Assembly: GCF_006345805.1 (NCBI RefSeq)
Contig: NC_043003.1
Location: 15,624,001 to 15,688,000, forward strand
Source: Octopus sinensis
Lineage: Eukaryota
DNA: 64,000 nt
Reading direction: 5' to 3'
Made by a program: the position numbers and the translations under genes. The notes below the pieces were generated by a model. It had not been told where the DNA came from. It worked only from the letters and a program-made list of their open reading frames with translations, and did no database searches. Below, piece by piece: positions 1 through 11,624 of this stretch. The stretch's first letter is position 1; each line of letters begins with the position of its first letter.

Positions 1-76
<76 letters not shown>
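1..76. repeat. (TATC)n(TGTC)n microsatellite, at the internal microsatellite position of the adjacent family-A SINE half
   Basis: Direct tetranucleotide repeats. Confidence 0.95.
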
Positions 77-77
<1 letters not shown>

Positions 78-78
<1 letters not shown>

Positions 79-200
79 CCATGAGCTTCCACACACTTTC
101 CAGCTACCAAATTCACTCAGGAGGTATTAGACGGTCCGGATATTATAGTAGATGACACTTGCTCAAAATGCAGCGCAAGGGACCGAACCCCAAACGACGA
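78..200 (-). mobile_element. Degenerate family-A SINE, 5' half
   Basis: Diverged match to the family-A body (ctaccaaattcactca...gacacttgctcaa). Confidence 0.6.
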
Positions 201-295
201 TCTTTCAAATCACAACTTTTCTTTGACAGCCATTAAAAAGTAAAAATTTAAAATAGATAAAATAAATAAATAAGCTTTAGTATTTTATCTCTCAG

Positions 296-503
296 CATTT
301 ATTTGTTTCAGTCATTTGACTGCGGCCAAGCTGGAGCACCGCCTTGAAGGGTTTTAATCGAACAAATCGACCATAGGACTTATCGGTCTCTTTCGCCGAA
401 CCGCTAAGTTACGAGTACCTAAGCACAACACTGTTTGTCAAGCGATGGTGGTGGGATACATACGTATACACACGTATACACACGCACACACACAGAGGCA
501 TAC

Positions 504-541
<38 letters not shown>

Positions 542-700
542 GACGGACTTCTTTCAGTTTCCGTCTATCATACCCACGCACAAGCCGCTGGTCCGCCCGA
601 GGTTACAGGTTATAGGAGAAGACACTTGTCCAAGGTGCCACGCAGTGGAACTGAACCAGGAACCATATGGTTGGGAAGCAAGCTTCTTACCACACAGCCT
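296..700 (-). mobile_element. Family-A tRNA-derived CORE-like SINE with internal (CA)n
   Basis: Reverse complement of head ggctgtgtggtaagaagcttgc, CORE-like caccttggacaagtgtc, and 3' part gactgaaacaaat; matches many copies in the window. Confidence 0.85.
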
Positions 701-1419
701 TAAATTTAAAACATTGATAATAATATAAATAAAAATATGAAAAATAAAGATAATTTTACATCCGAAAGGATGAGAATCAGTGTTAAGATCAGACACGTGT
801 CTGCGGAATACGCAGCCCCTTATGCGTCATCTGACTTACAGGTAAGTCAGGTGATAACATAAATGTGTCTCCATTGTCTAACGACGGTGATCCCCCGCAT
901 TTCCATTGAAGATTAGGTGTAGGAGTGGCTGTGTAGTAAGTAGACGGAAACAAGTATAAGAATTAAACATAAAAAGAAACAAAATAAAAGGCAACAAACC
1001 TCAGCAGACGAATAAAGGGGCTCGATTTAGGTAATACTCTGAGAGCCCAGCCCATTACCGCTTCTGCTTTTTAATACAACTACTTCCGAAAGTGTCCTTA
1101 AGCTCTTTTGAACCCCAACCAAGCAGTAAAATGTCTCACATCATTTGGGGCGCAACTTTCATAATGGTCGTTCACTTCCTTGTTAAACAGAAGTTAAATA
1201 GAAAATAGGTTTTGCAATACGAAATTCGCATTACGGCATTATATTTAGGAGCCTAAAGCTTCCGTAAGAGGTTTATTGCCTCATTAATGTGTGTCTTTTA
1301 TTATTTTTTTTTTTGAACTGTGTAAGATAGGATACTTTAAAAGAACAATGTTTTAGAGAAGCAAAAGTCGGCGGGCGCTTTTCGTCTTCTCCCATCCTTA
1401 TCATCCTCGTATCATTATC

Positions 1420-1870
1420 ATTCATCCTATGGAAAAGGAACGGAAATCGAAAAGGGACCAGCTATAATGAAAAGGCTAATAAGAGTGAAATTGAATCCTT
1501 AAACGTATGGTAATGACCGAAAAGCAGTGTTGCTGGAGTCAGAAAAACGTAGACAGATTGATAGAGATGTTCCCGGACACTGTTATGGGGGGGGGGGCGA
1601 AATCTGTGTGCGTTACGACAGTTTGCCCAGCGTGGTGGAGCTGGAGGAGCTGACGAGGCACATAACTGATGAATACCCCAGATAATTATAATTGCATACG
1701 TGAACAGTAAAAATGAAACTGCGAGCTTGGCGGGCTCGTAAGCCACTCCACTCTATTCATTGTAAATAATCCATTTCATAATTATTCTTCATCATATGTA
1801 TCCCATGGTTTGTGTTGTCTGTCCTTGTTTGTCCCCCTCTATGTTGGGCCCTCGTGGCTAATAAGGAAAA
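1420..1870 (+). mobile_element. Probable 5'-truncated LINE 3' end carrying the shared tail
   Basis: Ends in gttgtctgtccttgtttgtccccctctatgttgggccctcgtggctaataaggaaaa; absent from the paralogous block at 14076-14358, so it behaves as an insertion; ORF remnant too decayed to classify. Confidence 0.5.
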
Positions 1871-1970
1871 ATCTCATTAATGTCCGTATCCAGCCTGACA
1901 AGCTTCCTTACTCTATGTACTGCCTTTATGGCAAATTTAATAAAATAAAACAAAGCTTGTGTTTTTACTA

Positions 1971-2130
1971 TGACGTCACCGCGCTATATGTTTCCTTCAT
2001 ATTAATAAAGTAAATTAAAATGAACGAAAAAGTTTTAAATCTGATGTTTTATTTTGTTTAGAATATTCCAAATGTGATGTCACTTCCGGTTTTTGCCTAT
2101 AAAATCTCAGCATTGGTTTCACTTCTTTCA
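1971..2130 (+). promoter_or_regulatory. Candidate Pol II core promoter: CRE, ETS/CRE composite, TATA box, Inr
   Basis: TGACGTCA 1971-1978; TGATGTCACTTCCGG 2075-2089; TATAAAA 2098-2104; TTCAGA with A at 2130, 32 nt from the TATA T. Confidence 0.6.
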
Positions 2131-2191
2131 GACCTGCGATATTTCACCACCAGTATTAGTTGGCTATTCTGCCGGCTAGCTACAGTGAAAG
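2130..2191 (+). other. Candidate non-coding first exon of an unidentified gene
   Basis: Starts at the Inr, has no ATG, ends at the strong donor AAG|GTAAGA (intron from 2192). Confidence 0.5.
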
Positions 2192-2519
2192 GTAAGATAC
2201 ACAGATAGATATACACAGATAGATACATACAGACAGACAGACAGACAGACAGACTGAATGAGAAACAGACATGTAGATAGAAATAAGGTGTAGAGATACT
2301 CCAAAGATATAGACAGATATAAATGATATAATCCAATGATAGATAGATATAAATGATTGATAGATATAGAGATAGATAGATCGATAGATACATAACATAC
2401 ATACATACATACATACATACATACAGATATATACGAGATATAGAACTAGCAATAACCACGCCACCGATAGGGATAAACATAATATAGGCATATATACACA
2501 TATGAGATTGAGGAATATA

Positions 2520-4020
2520 GAGAGATAGGGAGGTGTAGAGGTATAGAGACAGGTGTAGGTGTGGAGGTGTAGATAGAGGTATAGCCATGTAGAGATATAG
2601 AGGTATAGATAGGCATTTAGAGAGATAGAGGTATAGGCATTTAGAGAGATATATAGAGGTATAGGCATGTAAGAGATATATATAGAGGTATAGGCATGTA
2701 AGAGATATAGAGGTATAGGCATGTAAGAGATATAGAGGTATAGGCATGTAAGAGATATATAGAGGTATAGGCATGTAAGAGATATATAGAGGTATAGGCA
2801 TGTAAGAGATATATAGAGGTATAGGCATGTAGAGATATATAGAGGTATAGGCATGTAAGAGATATATAGAGGTATAGGCATGTAGAGATATATAGAGGTA
2901 TAGGCATGTAGAGATATATAGAGGTATAGGCATGTAGAGATATATAGGCATATAGAGGTATTGGCATGTAAGAGATATATATAGAGGTATTGGCATGTAA
3001 GAGATATATATAGAGGTATTGGCATGTAACAGATATATAGAGGTATTGGCATGTAAGAGATATAGAGGTATTGGCATGTAACAGATATATAGAGGTATTG
3101 GCATGTAAGAGATGTATATAGAGGTATTGGCATGTAAGAGATGTATATAGAGGTATTGGCATGTAAGAGATGTATATAGAGGTATTGGCATGTAAGAGAT
3201 GTATATAGAGGTATTGGCATGTAAGAGATGTATATAGAGGTATTGGCATGTAAGAGATGTATATAGAGGTATTGGCATGTAAGAGATGTATATAGAGGTA
3301 TTGGCATGTAAGAGATGTATATAGAGGTATTGGCATGTAAGAGATGTATATAGAGGTATTGGCATGTAAGAGATGTATATAGAGGTATAGGCATGTAAGA
3401 GGTATTGGCATGTAAGAGGTATTGGCATGTAAGAGATGTATATAGAGGTATAGGCATGTAAGAGGTATTGGCATGTAAGAGGTATATATAGAGGTATAAG
3501 CATGTAAGAGGTATTGGCATGTAAGAGGTATTGGCATGTAAGAGATATATATAGAGGTATTGGCATGTAAGAGATATATATAGAGGTATTGGCATGTAAG
3601 AGATATATATAGAGGTATTGGCATGTAAGAGATATATATAGAGGTATTGGCATGTAAAAGATATATATAGAGGTATTGGCATGTAAAAGATATATATAGA
3701 GGTATAGGCATGTAAAAGATATATATAGAGGTATAGGCATGTAAAAGATATATATAGAGGTATAGGCATGTAAAAGATATATATAGAGGTATAGGCATGT
3801 AAAAGATATATATAGAGGTATAGGCATGTAAGAGATATATATAGAGGTATAGGCATGTAAGAGATATATATAGAGGTGTAGGCATGTAAGATATATATAT
3901 ATAGAGGTATAGGCATGTAAGAGATATAATATAGAGGTATATATTGGCAATATAAGCAGTGACATATAGGCATATGGAGGTATTGGCATATGGAGATATA
4001 TATATATAGAGAGAGATATG
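2520..4020. repeat. ~1.4 kb minisatellite, unit ~GTATAGGCATGTAAGAGATATATAGAG (about 17-31 bp)
   Basis: Tandem units with a variable internal (TA)n; explains the 643/791/664-aa ORFs. Confidence 0.95.
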
Positions 4021-4179
4021 AAAAGCATAGGCAGATAAAGATATGGAAAGCAGAGGCACTAGAGATAGAAGATATAGTATAGAAAGAGAGATATAGGGTG
4101 GAGGTATAGAGATATAGAGGTAGAGAGAGGTAGAGAGACAGGCGTAGGTATATAGAGGATGGTGCACAGACACAAGTGT

Positions 4180-4550
4180 TGGTAGAGACAAGTAGGTATA
4201 TAGAGACAGGTAGGTATATAGAGACAGGTAGGTATATAGAAACAGGTAGGTAGGTATATAGAAACAGGTAGGTAGGTATATAGAAACAGGTAGGTATATA
4301 GAAACAGGTAGGTATATAGAAACAGGTAGGTATAGAGAGACAGGTAGGTATAGAGAGACAGGTAGGTATCGAGAGACAGGTAGGTATAGAGAGACAGGTA
4401 GGTATCGAGAGACAGGTAGGTATAGAGAGACAGAGACAAGTAGGTATAGAGAGACAGGTAGGTATAGAGAGACAGAGACAAGTAGGTATAGAGAGACAGG
4501 TAGGTATAGAGAGACAGAGACAAGTAGGTATAGAGACAGGTATAGGTATT
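4180..4550. repeat. Minisatellite, unit ~GACAGGTAGGTATA(TA)GA (18-26 bp)
   Basis: Direct tandem repeats. Confidence 0.9.
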
Positions 4551-5099
4551 GCCAATTAGAAAGGTAGGTATAGATACAGAGTATTTGCAGGTCGGTTTTA
4601 TGAACCTTTGAGTCTTTAAACACCCTCTGCAACATGCTGGTTGGTGTTATAACATAGTTGCAAGGTGTACGGGTTGTGTTACGTAACCGTATAGGCTCTT
4701 AACCAGGCTCTTTCAGTACAGAAAACCTGGAGGTTCCAACCAGAAACCACACTAGGCATAATTACTAGATATTACTCTTACTGCAACAATATTTCTGAGA
4801 GGAAGGTATATTTTTTGGAAATGTGGTCGACTGAATGAAACTGATATTGGTGGCAACGGAGAAACAATTACGACAAATCAAACACCAGATAAATTTTAAC
4901 TCGGAACAGTAAGGCAGTCTACTATTTTAGAAAGATTTGAAACTTCTTTCAAATAAATTTATTACTTTTCACGCGACTTAAATGTTTTTATTAAATTCAA
5001 ATAACACAGCGCATCAGTCTTCCCTTCACGTCATGTTTGTGGTGTTCTGCTTGGACTTGATATTATTTCAGTTATCTGAGGGCCCTATTTCAAATGCCA

Positions 5100-5360
5100 A
5101 TTTCAAAATACATTATCTTTACGTCTGGGAGGGTGATAAAATTCCATAAAGACTACCAAAAGGGATAACCAACCGGTGGGTTTAATTCACTAACCCGGAA
5201 CCCAAATTTCATCCAATCACGTATATTTTTAACTCCCATCCGTATACGTAAATCCATCTGTCTTTTCATCTTGTATATAAGAAGCGTGTTTGTACCCTAC
5301 ATGTCCCTTGTCTGTTCTTGTAACGTCCCCTCTATGTAAAGTTTTTATAGGTAAATAAAT
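5100..5360 (+). mobile_element. Possible old LINE 3' UTR remnant with the shared tail
   Basis: cccttgtctgttcttgtaacgtcccctctatg at ~5306-5337 resembles the tail at 1820-1870 and 6545-6580. Confidence 0.35.
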
Positions 5361-5492
5361 ATCGTTACATCTGGAAGTGTGATAAAATTCCAGTTGAATA
5401 CGAGTCCCATCTGTTTGAATAATTCTTCCATAATTTTGTGACTTGGCCGACAGTATATTGTTCCGCGTCGCGCTAAAATTTCCCATGTACTC

Positions 5493-5523
<31 letters not shown>

Positions 5524-5858
5524 ACATATATGTTGTTAGTCCGTCTGAACGGCAAGTGCCATCTAGCTAGCCTTTCTTTAGAAAGACAGATGACTTGCGC
5601 GGTAACTGCTTATAAAGCGAAGAGATGCGCTCTGCCAGCCTAACTCTTTCTCCTGGGATCGTCTTCGATCCAGTGACAAGACCATGTCAAGACGACTGAG
5701 GATGTCGACGGATACAGAAGATGGCCCAGTGTGTCTTGTTTGCTTTATCTTGCTCTCTGAACACCACAATGCGTTGCTGCAGTCGCATTCCCCTCCGTTG
5801 AACCCTGAATGTTTCTTCCGCAGAGTCTACTGGATCCGGCTTTCATTTGCAATAAGGT

Positions 5859-5859
<1 letters not shown>

Positions 5860-5898
<39 letters not shown>

Positions 5899-5942
5899 AG
5901 CCACCACGACTACAACTACAGGTGCTGCTGCGGCAAGAGCTG

Positions 5943-6004
<62 letters not shown>

Positions 6005-6205
6005 ACTACTACTACAACAACTACCGCTACTACTACTACTACAATAGCAACAACAACAGCAACAACAACAACAACTACAACTACTACTATTACTACTACA
6101 ACAGCAACAACAACAGCTACTACTGCTGCTGCTGCAATCACTACTACTGCTACAACAACAACTACCGCTGCTGCTGATGCTACTACTACTACTACTACTA
6201 CTACA
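5860..6205. repeat. Compound trinucleotide repeat (CTA)n/(CTG)n/(CAA)n
   Basis: Direct repeats. Confidence 0.95.
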
Positions 6206-6374
6206 CCGAGACAGAAAAGATCTGGAAACAATAGTGCTAAGAGATGATTCCACGCTCCACAAAATCCTGGAACCTTCGAACTCTCGCTACCGGATGCAAT
6301 TTAAATCGTACCCAAGACATACGTATATATTTTTGCTGCTGCGGCTACTACTACTACTACAAATAGAGCTGCTA

Positions 6375-6511
6375 TACGACGGGCTTCTTTCAGTTTCCGT
6401 CAACCAAATACACTCACAAGGCTTCGGTCGGCCCGAGGCTATAGTAGGACACTTGCCCAAGGTGTCACGCAGTGGGACTGAACCCGGAACCATGTGGTTA
6501 GTAAGCAACCA
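6375..6511 (-). mobile_element. Family-A SINE 5' half (first ~20 nt of head missing)
   Basis: gacgggcttctttcagtttccgtc...cacttgcccaaggtgtcacgcagtgggactgaacccgg. Confidence 0.9.
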
Positions 6512-7086
6512 ACTTTATTTCATAAAAATTCGCCATTAAGGCGTTACATAGAATGGACATACAAGGACAGACAAACATACAGGGCGAAGTAGCTTAAAAT
6601 TTACAATATGATGGGTACAAATTTCAATGAAAGTTTACGAATTTAATGTTACATAGTAGGGCAAGGAACCCAGCCATCTGGGTAGAACCTTTACCTGGTG
6701 CCAGTAATACCCACCTTGCAAGCCACAGGCTTGTATCTTTTCATAAATATATCTCGTGACAGACACCTCTTCTCCAGCCTGATCTTACTACCGAGGTGGT
6801 AACTAAAGTTAACCAACCCCTGGCCCGATATAAAGGTACCTGTCACTATACCTTTCGTACACATCTTCCATACTGTTTCTCTCAGTATGGCTACTACGCA
6901 GGAAAAACAAGACTTCCTTTCCCTGCTGAGGAAAGGAGGTGGCACAATCTCAATGATAGATTCCGCTGATAGCTGTACTCTTCCAGTCACTGACAACAGT
7001 TGTTCGGCAAAAGCAATCAGTCCCGATAACTCCGGGCAGTCCACGAATGCGTGCAAGACGGTTTCCCTATCCTGCTTTGATTTTTG
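6512..7086 (-). mobile_element. 5'-truncated L1/Tx1-type LINE: ORF2 C-terminus plus 3' UTR
   Basis: Frame of ORF 6691-7056 reads ETVLHAFVDC (distal half of the L1-clade CCHC zinc knuckle), then ...KIRLEKRCLSRDIFMKR typical of Tx1-like C-termini; 3' UTR ends with the tail cassette and AATAAA. Confidence 0.75.
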
Positions 7087-7639
7087 TTAATATCGATGTG
7101 CCTCTTTTCATGTAGGGTCATTGATTGCTTGTTTATAGCTTTAATTGAAAGATAATTAAGTGAAATTCGATTTTAAATGTTTAATGATTTGAAAAAGAAA
7201 CTTGTAACTTATATAAGAATATATATTAAAGTTACAGGAAAGAATTTCAAGTGATAAGGGAGGATAGTTCAACGGTGGCAAGAAAAGGAAACGATACGGG
7301 GAAACTGTTTATTTATGGAACTGTTTTGACTATGTGAATCAGCGAAAGCATGAACGAATCGGAGCTGATGTTGCATACAGAGAGAGAGAGGGGGTGCAGA
7401 TTCAGGCACACAACCACACACATACATGTTCACACACATACGACCATACACATGCATACAGAGTTATGTTAATTGATTGAGAATATACAAGTAAAGGAAA
7501 TGTCAGCCGATGACAGGTTAGGAAGAAATCATTGTATAAGAAATATATTACAAAAATACAAAACAAAACACAATATTTGAAACTTGTAAATGTAAAAACC
7601 CGTGTTTGTATTAGTGGTGGGTGAAGAGAAGAGAAACAC

Positions 7640-7647
7640 ATGGAAAA

Positions 7648-7687
<40 letters not shown>

Positions 7688-7815
7688 GTGTGTGTGTGTG
7701 TTGTGTGTATGTATGTGTATGAATACATATAGACATCCATATACGCATATGGGTACATTTACGCACGCACACGTGTATATATATACTATATATACACATG
7801 TTTATACATGTGCAT

Positions 7816-7849
<34 letters not shown>

Positions 7850-8215
7850 ATACATGTATATATATATATATATGTATGTATATATACATATATATGTATG
7901 TATATATACATATATATGTGTATATATATACATGTATATTATATATACTAAACATATGTATGTGTGTATATTATATATATATATATATAACATATGTATG
8001 TGTATATATATATATATATATATGCATGTATATATATGCATATATATATAATATATGTATGTATATACGCACATATATATATGTATGTATACATATATGT
8101 GTATGTATGTGTATATATAATATATATATATGTATATATATGTAGAGAGAGAGAGGGAGAGAGAGAGGGGGAGAGAGAGAAAGGCAGACAGACAGACAAA
8201 GATAAATGGATGAAT
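7640..8215. repeat. Compound (TA)n/(TG)n/(GA)n microsatellite tract
   Basis: Direct repeats. Confidence 0.95.
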
Positions 8216-8684
8216 GGATATGTGTGTAGATATGAGAAAGCGTGAGAATAGGGAATATGGAAGCATATGTACTAAATGAAGATGAAATATGTTAAAAACT
8301 GTCCACGATATTAAGTTTAAAAAAAAAATGTGATAAAGCATTAAAAGCGAAAGAAGCAGAAAAAAAAGGAGAACATCGTTAGAAAGCGTCTCACACACAC
8401 ACACACACGCACACCACACACACACACGCACACGGAGTTGTTTTAAATAATAATTGCTTCCTTACGCTTTGAAGATACCATAAGGTATGAAATAGATACA
8501 ATCAACCGATTCTACCCAAGCATATTACTGGTACCTTACTGAATCGACCGAAGGTGTAAAAATTCATTTTCAGTTTCGACAGATAGGTGGCGACCCAGGA
8601 TAAGAGTGTGGTGTCTAGGATGTCGTTGCTGAGAACTCAGATCATCTTCTTGTTCAGGCACGATCATAATTTAACAAATATATG

Positions 8685-9177
8685 AAGGCGGCGAGATGGC
8701 AGAAACGTTAGCACGTCGGGCGAAATGCCTAGCCGTATTTCGTCTGCTGCTACGTTCTGAGTTCAAATTCCGCCGAAGTTCACTTTACTTTTCATCCTTT
8801 CGGGGTCGATTAAATAAGTACCAGTTACGCACTGGGATGGATATAATCGACTTAATCCATTTGTCTGTCCTTGTTTGTCCTTTCTGTGTTTAGCCCCTTG
8901 TGGGTAGTAAAGAAATAGGTATTTCGTCTGCCGTTACATTCTGAGTTCAAATTCCGCCGAGGTCGACTTTGCCTCACATCCTTTCGGAGTCGTTAAATTA
9001 AGTACCAGTTACGCACTGGGGTCGATATAATCGACTTAATCCGTTTGTCAGTCTTTGTTTGTCCCCTCTGTATGTAAGCCCCATGTGGGCAGTAAAGAAA
9101 TAAGAAACGTTAGCACGTCGGAGGAAATGCTTAGCTGTTTATCGCTTGTCTTTATTTACTGAGTTCAAATTCCACCG
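8685..9177 (+). mobile_element. Family-B SINE nested multimer (two tailed units inside an older head)
   Basis: Head ggcggcgag..gcagaaacgttagcacg, core gcctttcatcctttcggggtcgat; junctions at 8917/8918 and 9102/9103. Confidence 0.9.
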
Positions 9178-9214
9178 TCTTCTCCTAAGCTTACAATTGT
9201 ACCAGTAATATACA

Positions 9215-9700
9215 TCGACGAAGAAGTTTATGAAGCGATTCAGTAATACATTTGCTGGCTTTGAAGAAAAGGAAGAACTGGTTGAAATGCTGACTTTGAA
9301 GAACCGGTTGGAAGTGAAGGTAACGTTGTGGAATTGGCGAAAGTAAAATTGGTCAATGTAAAACAGTTATTGGTCCAGAATCAACTGTCCTAAGAGGACC
9401 CTCATTCAGTAAGAAGAAAAGAGGCTAATGGGGGAAGAATAAAGACAGATAGGGAAAGAAGAGTCAAGGAATTCTCTCACCGCAAAGAAGTTGGTAGACA
9501 TGTTTTAGCATTGTATTAACGGTGTTGCCCATTTGAAAATATTAAAGTCGAAGGTCGAAGAATTCGCCATGGTCGAAAGAAATATTAAGGAAGGAATATG
9601 CTGTTATCAAGAAATATATGAAGACAAGAAGGTGAGGACACCGACACAATTCTACATCTTTTTCAAGAAGGCAAATGATCTTCGTCAGATCTTCATTTTC
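9215..9700 (+). mobile_element. Decayed pogo/Tigger-like transposase C-terminal remnant
   Basis: ORF 9533-9781 contains CYQEIYEDKKVRTPTQFYIFFKK, resembling the Tigger-type C-terminal CY.E.Y..KK...Q..L..FF.K motif; acidic low-complexity frames upstream. Confidence 0.45.
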
Positions 9701-10234
9701 AACTCCATTATTAGGCAACAACACTCTTTCTCCGAATATTTACGTATCAGATTTTATTGTTGGGAAGTCAATAAATTTTAAGTTTCCTTAGACGTAAATT
9801 TCTTAACTGTTATGGCTGCTACAAGCTGGCCACTCAAATTTACTTTTTGTTATTTGTAAATTTACAAAACTATCATTACGGCTATATCCAGCGGTGAATA
9901 TATTTTACAACACTTTATTGATTTAATTTGGATTCCTTCGCTTTTGTATTGCACACATTTTATTAATGTGTTTCACAAAATGTAGCGACCTGGCGGAAAC
10001 GTTACTGTACTGGACAAAATACTCAGCGGCTTTACGTTCTGGGTTCAAATTCTGCCGAAGTCGCTTTTGGCTTTCAATAAAATAAGTACCACTTGGTACA
10101 ATAGACGAACCCCTCTCCAGAATATTTAAACCCTTGTGTCTATCAGAGGAAAGATTAATGTGCTTCATAATCAATCGTGTTTTAATTGTCCTATCAATCT
10201 TTAACAAGCCTTGGATAATATAATTATTTCAAAT

Positions 10235-10600
10235 TTTAGCCACAAGGGCAGTGTGGGGGAGGTGGGGATGATTCGATTACATCTACCTCTGTCTTCAATT
10301 GGTATTTAATTTATCGATCACGAAAGTCTACCTCGGTGGAATTTGAACTCAGAACGTAGCGGCAGACGAAATATTTATTTATTTACTACCCACAAGGGGC
10401 TAAACACAGAGAGGACACACAAGGACAGACAAATGGATTAAGTCGATTACATCGTCCACAGTGCGTAACTGGTGCTTAATTTACTTAATTTATCGACCCC
10501 GAAAGGATGAAAGGCAAAGTCGATCTCGGCGGAATTTGAACCCAGAACGTAACGGCAGCATTTCACCCGACGTGCTAATGATTCTGCCAACTCACTTCCT
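10235..10600 (-). mobile_element. Family-B SINE, tailed unit nested in an older-tail host
   Basis: Tail cccacaaggggctaaacacagag..acaaggacagacaaa at ~10376-10435; older remainder to the left. Confidence 0.8.
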
Positions 10601-10916
10601 TGGATAATCTATTATAATAATGAGCTTGTTTGTAAGTTTGTCCAAAATCACGCAATAAGGGAGTAGCAGAATAAGTAAGAGTAAAAATAGAGAAATTACA
10701 AAATGATAATAACAACGAGAGAGGGAGTGGTATCAAACAGCGCCTCTCGCTTTCTGTCTCAACAAAAACCTTTTCACTTTATTTAATGAACGCTGCCTCG
10801 CTCTCTTTCTCTTACTCTCTCTCTCTCTCCCTCTCTTCTCTCTATCTACAAACGCACACACACACACACTCTCACTCTCTCTCTTTTTCACTCACTTTCC
10901 CTGTATTTCTCTCCTC

Positions 10917-10956
<40 letters not shown>

Positions 10957-11624
10957 AACAACATTTTCATTTTTATTCGATTAACGCTGATTTTTTTCGG
11001 GTAAACATTAATAACAATATATATGATAAGTAAATAAGATTTTTGCACCTCAAAATTATTTTTTTCTGTATCTCTATGGATGTCTGACTGTTCTGGAAGA
11101 CTTTTCTGCTTAAAAAGTTGCAAAGTTAATAGAATATAAGATAAGTAAATAAGTAGTCATTTTTATGTCATAAAATAAAAATATCGTGTTTAAAGAAAGC
11201 TTAATATAAAAGGAAGGTAATTATAAATATTTACAAATACTTGCCGACACAGCGATGTTTGTAAATATTTAGGAATGAAAATTTTGCCAAGGCTGTGAAG
11301 TTTGTCTTCAAGATCTTTTTCCGTTTCAGGCGGTAAAGAGTGTGTGTGAGATAGAGAGAGAGAGAGAGAGAAAGACAGATAGACAGAGATAGAAAACGCG
11401 TGGACGTTGCTGGAAAAATGTCTCTGTATGCCATTAAAGTAATCCTGTTTAATTATGAACTTTGTATGGTTACGTATAGAAATATAAACATACTAACGTG
11501 CACACCCCCGTGCGCATACAAACACACACACACCACACACACACACACACACACAAATATACTAATTTATTTTGAAGTCTGTGTTTCGTTGTATTACATA
11601 TACTCATCCACCTGCTATGGAGAA

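Noticed and set aside
2097-4635. ORFs of 643, 791 and 664 aa
   Set aside because: Translations of the minisatellites, open in three frames simply because the repeat lacks stops
5684-6247. 187-aa Thr/Ala-rich mucin-like ORF with a good acceptor at ~5823
   Set aside because: CTA/CTG/CAA repeats have no stop in any + frame; no signal peptide, donor or homology
7602-8431. Overlapping YI/CV-rich ORFs (same applies at 13.1-13.8k, 37.7k, 47.3-48.2k, 49.8-50.7k, 55.6k)
   Set aside because: Dinucleotide, trinucleotide and tetranucleotide repeat artefacts
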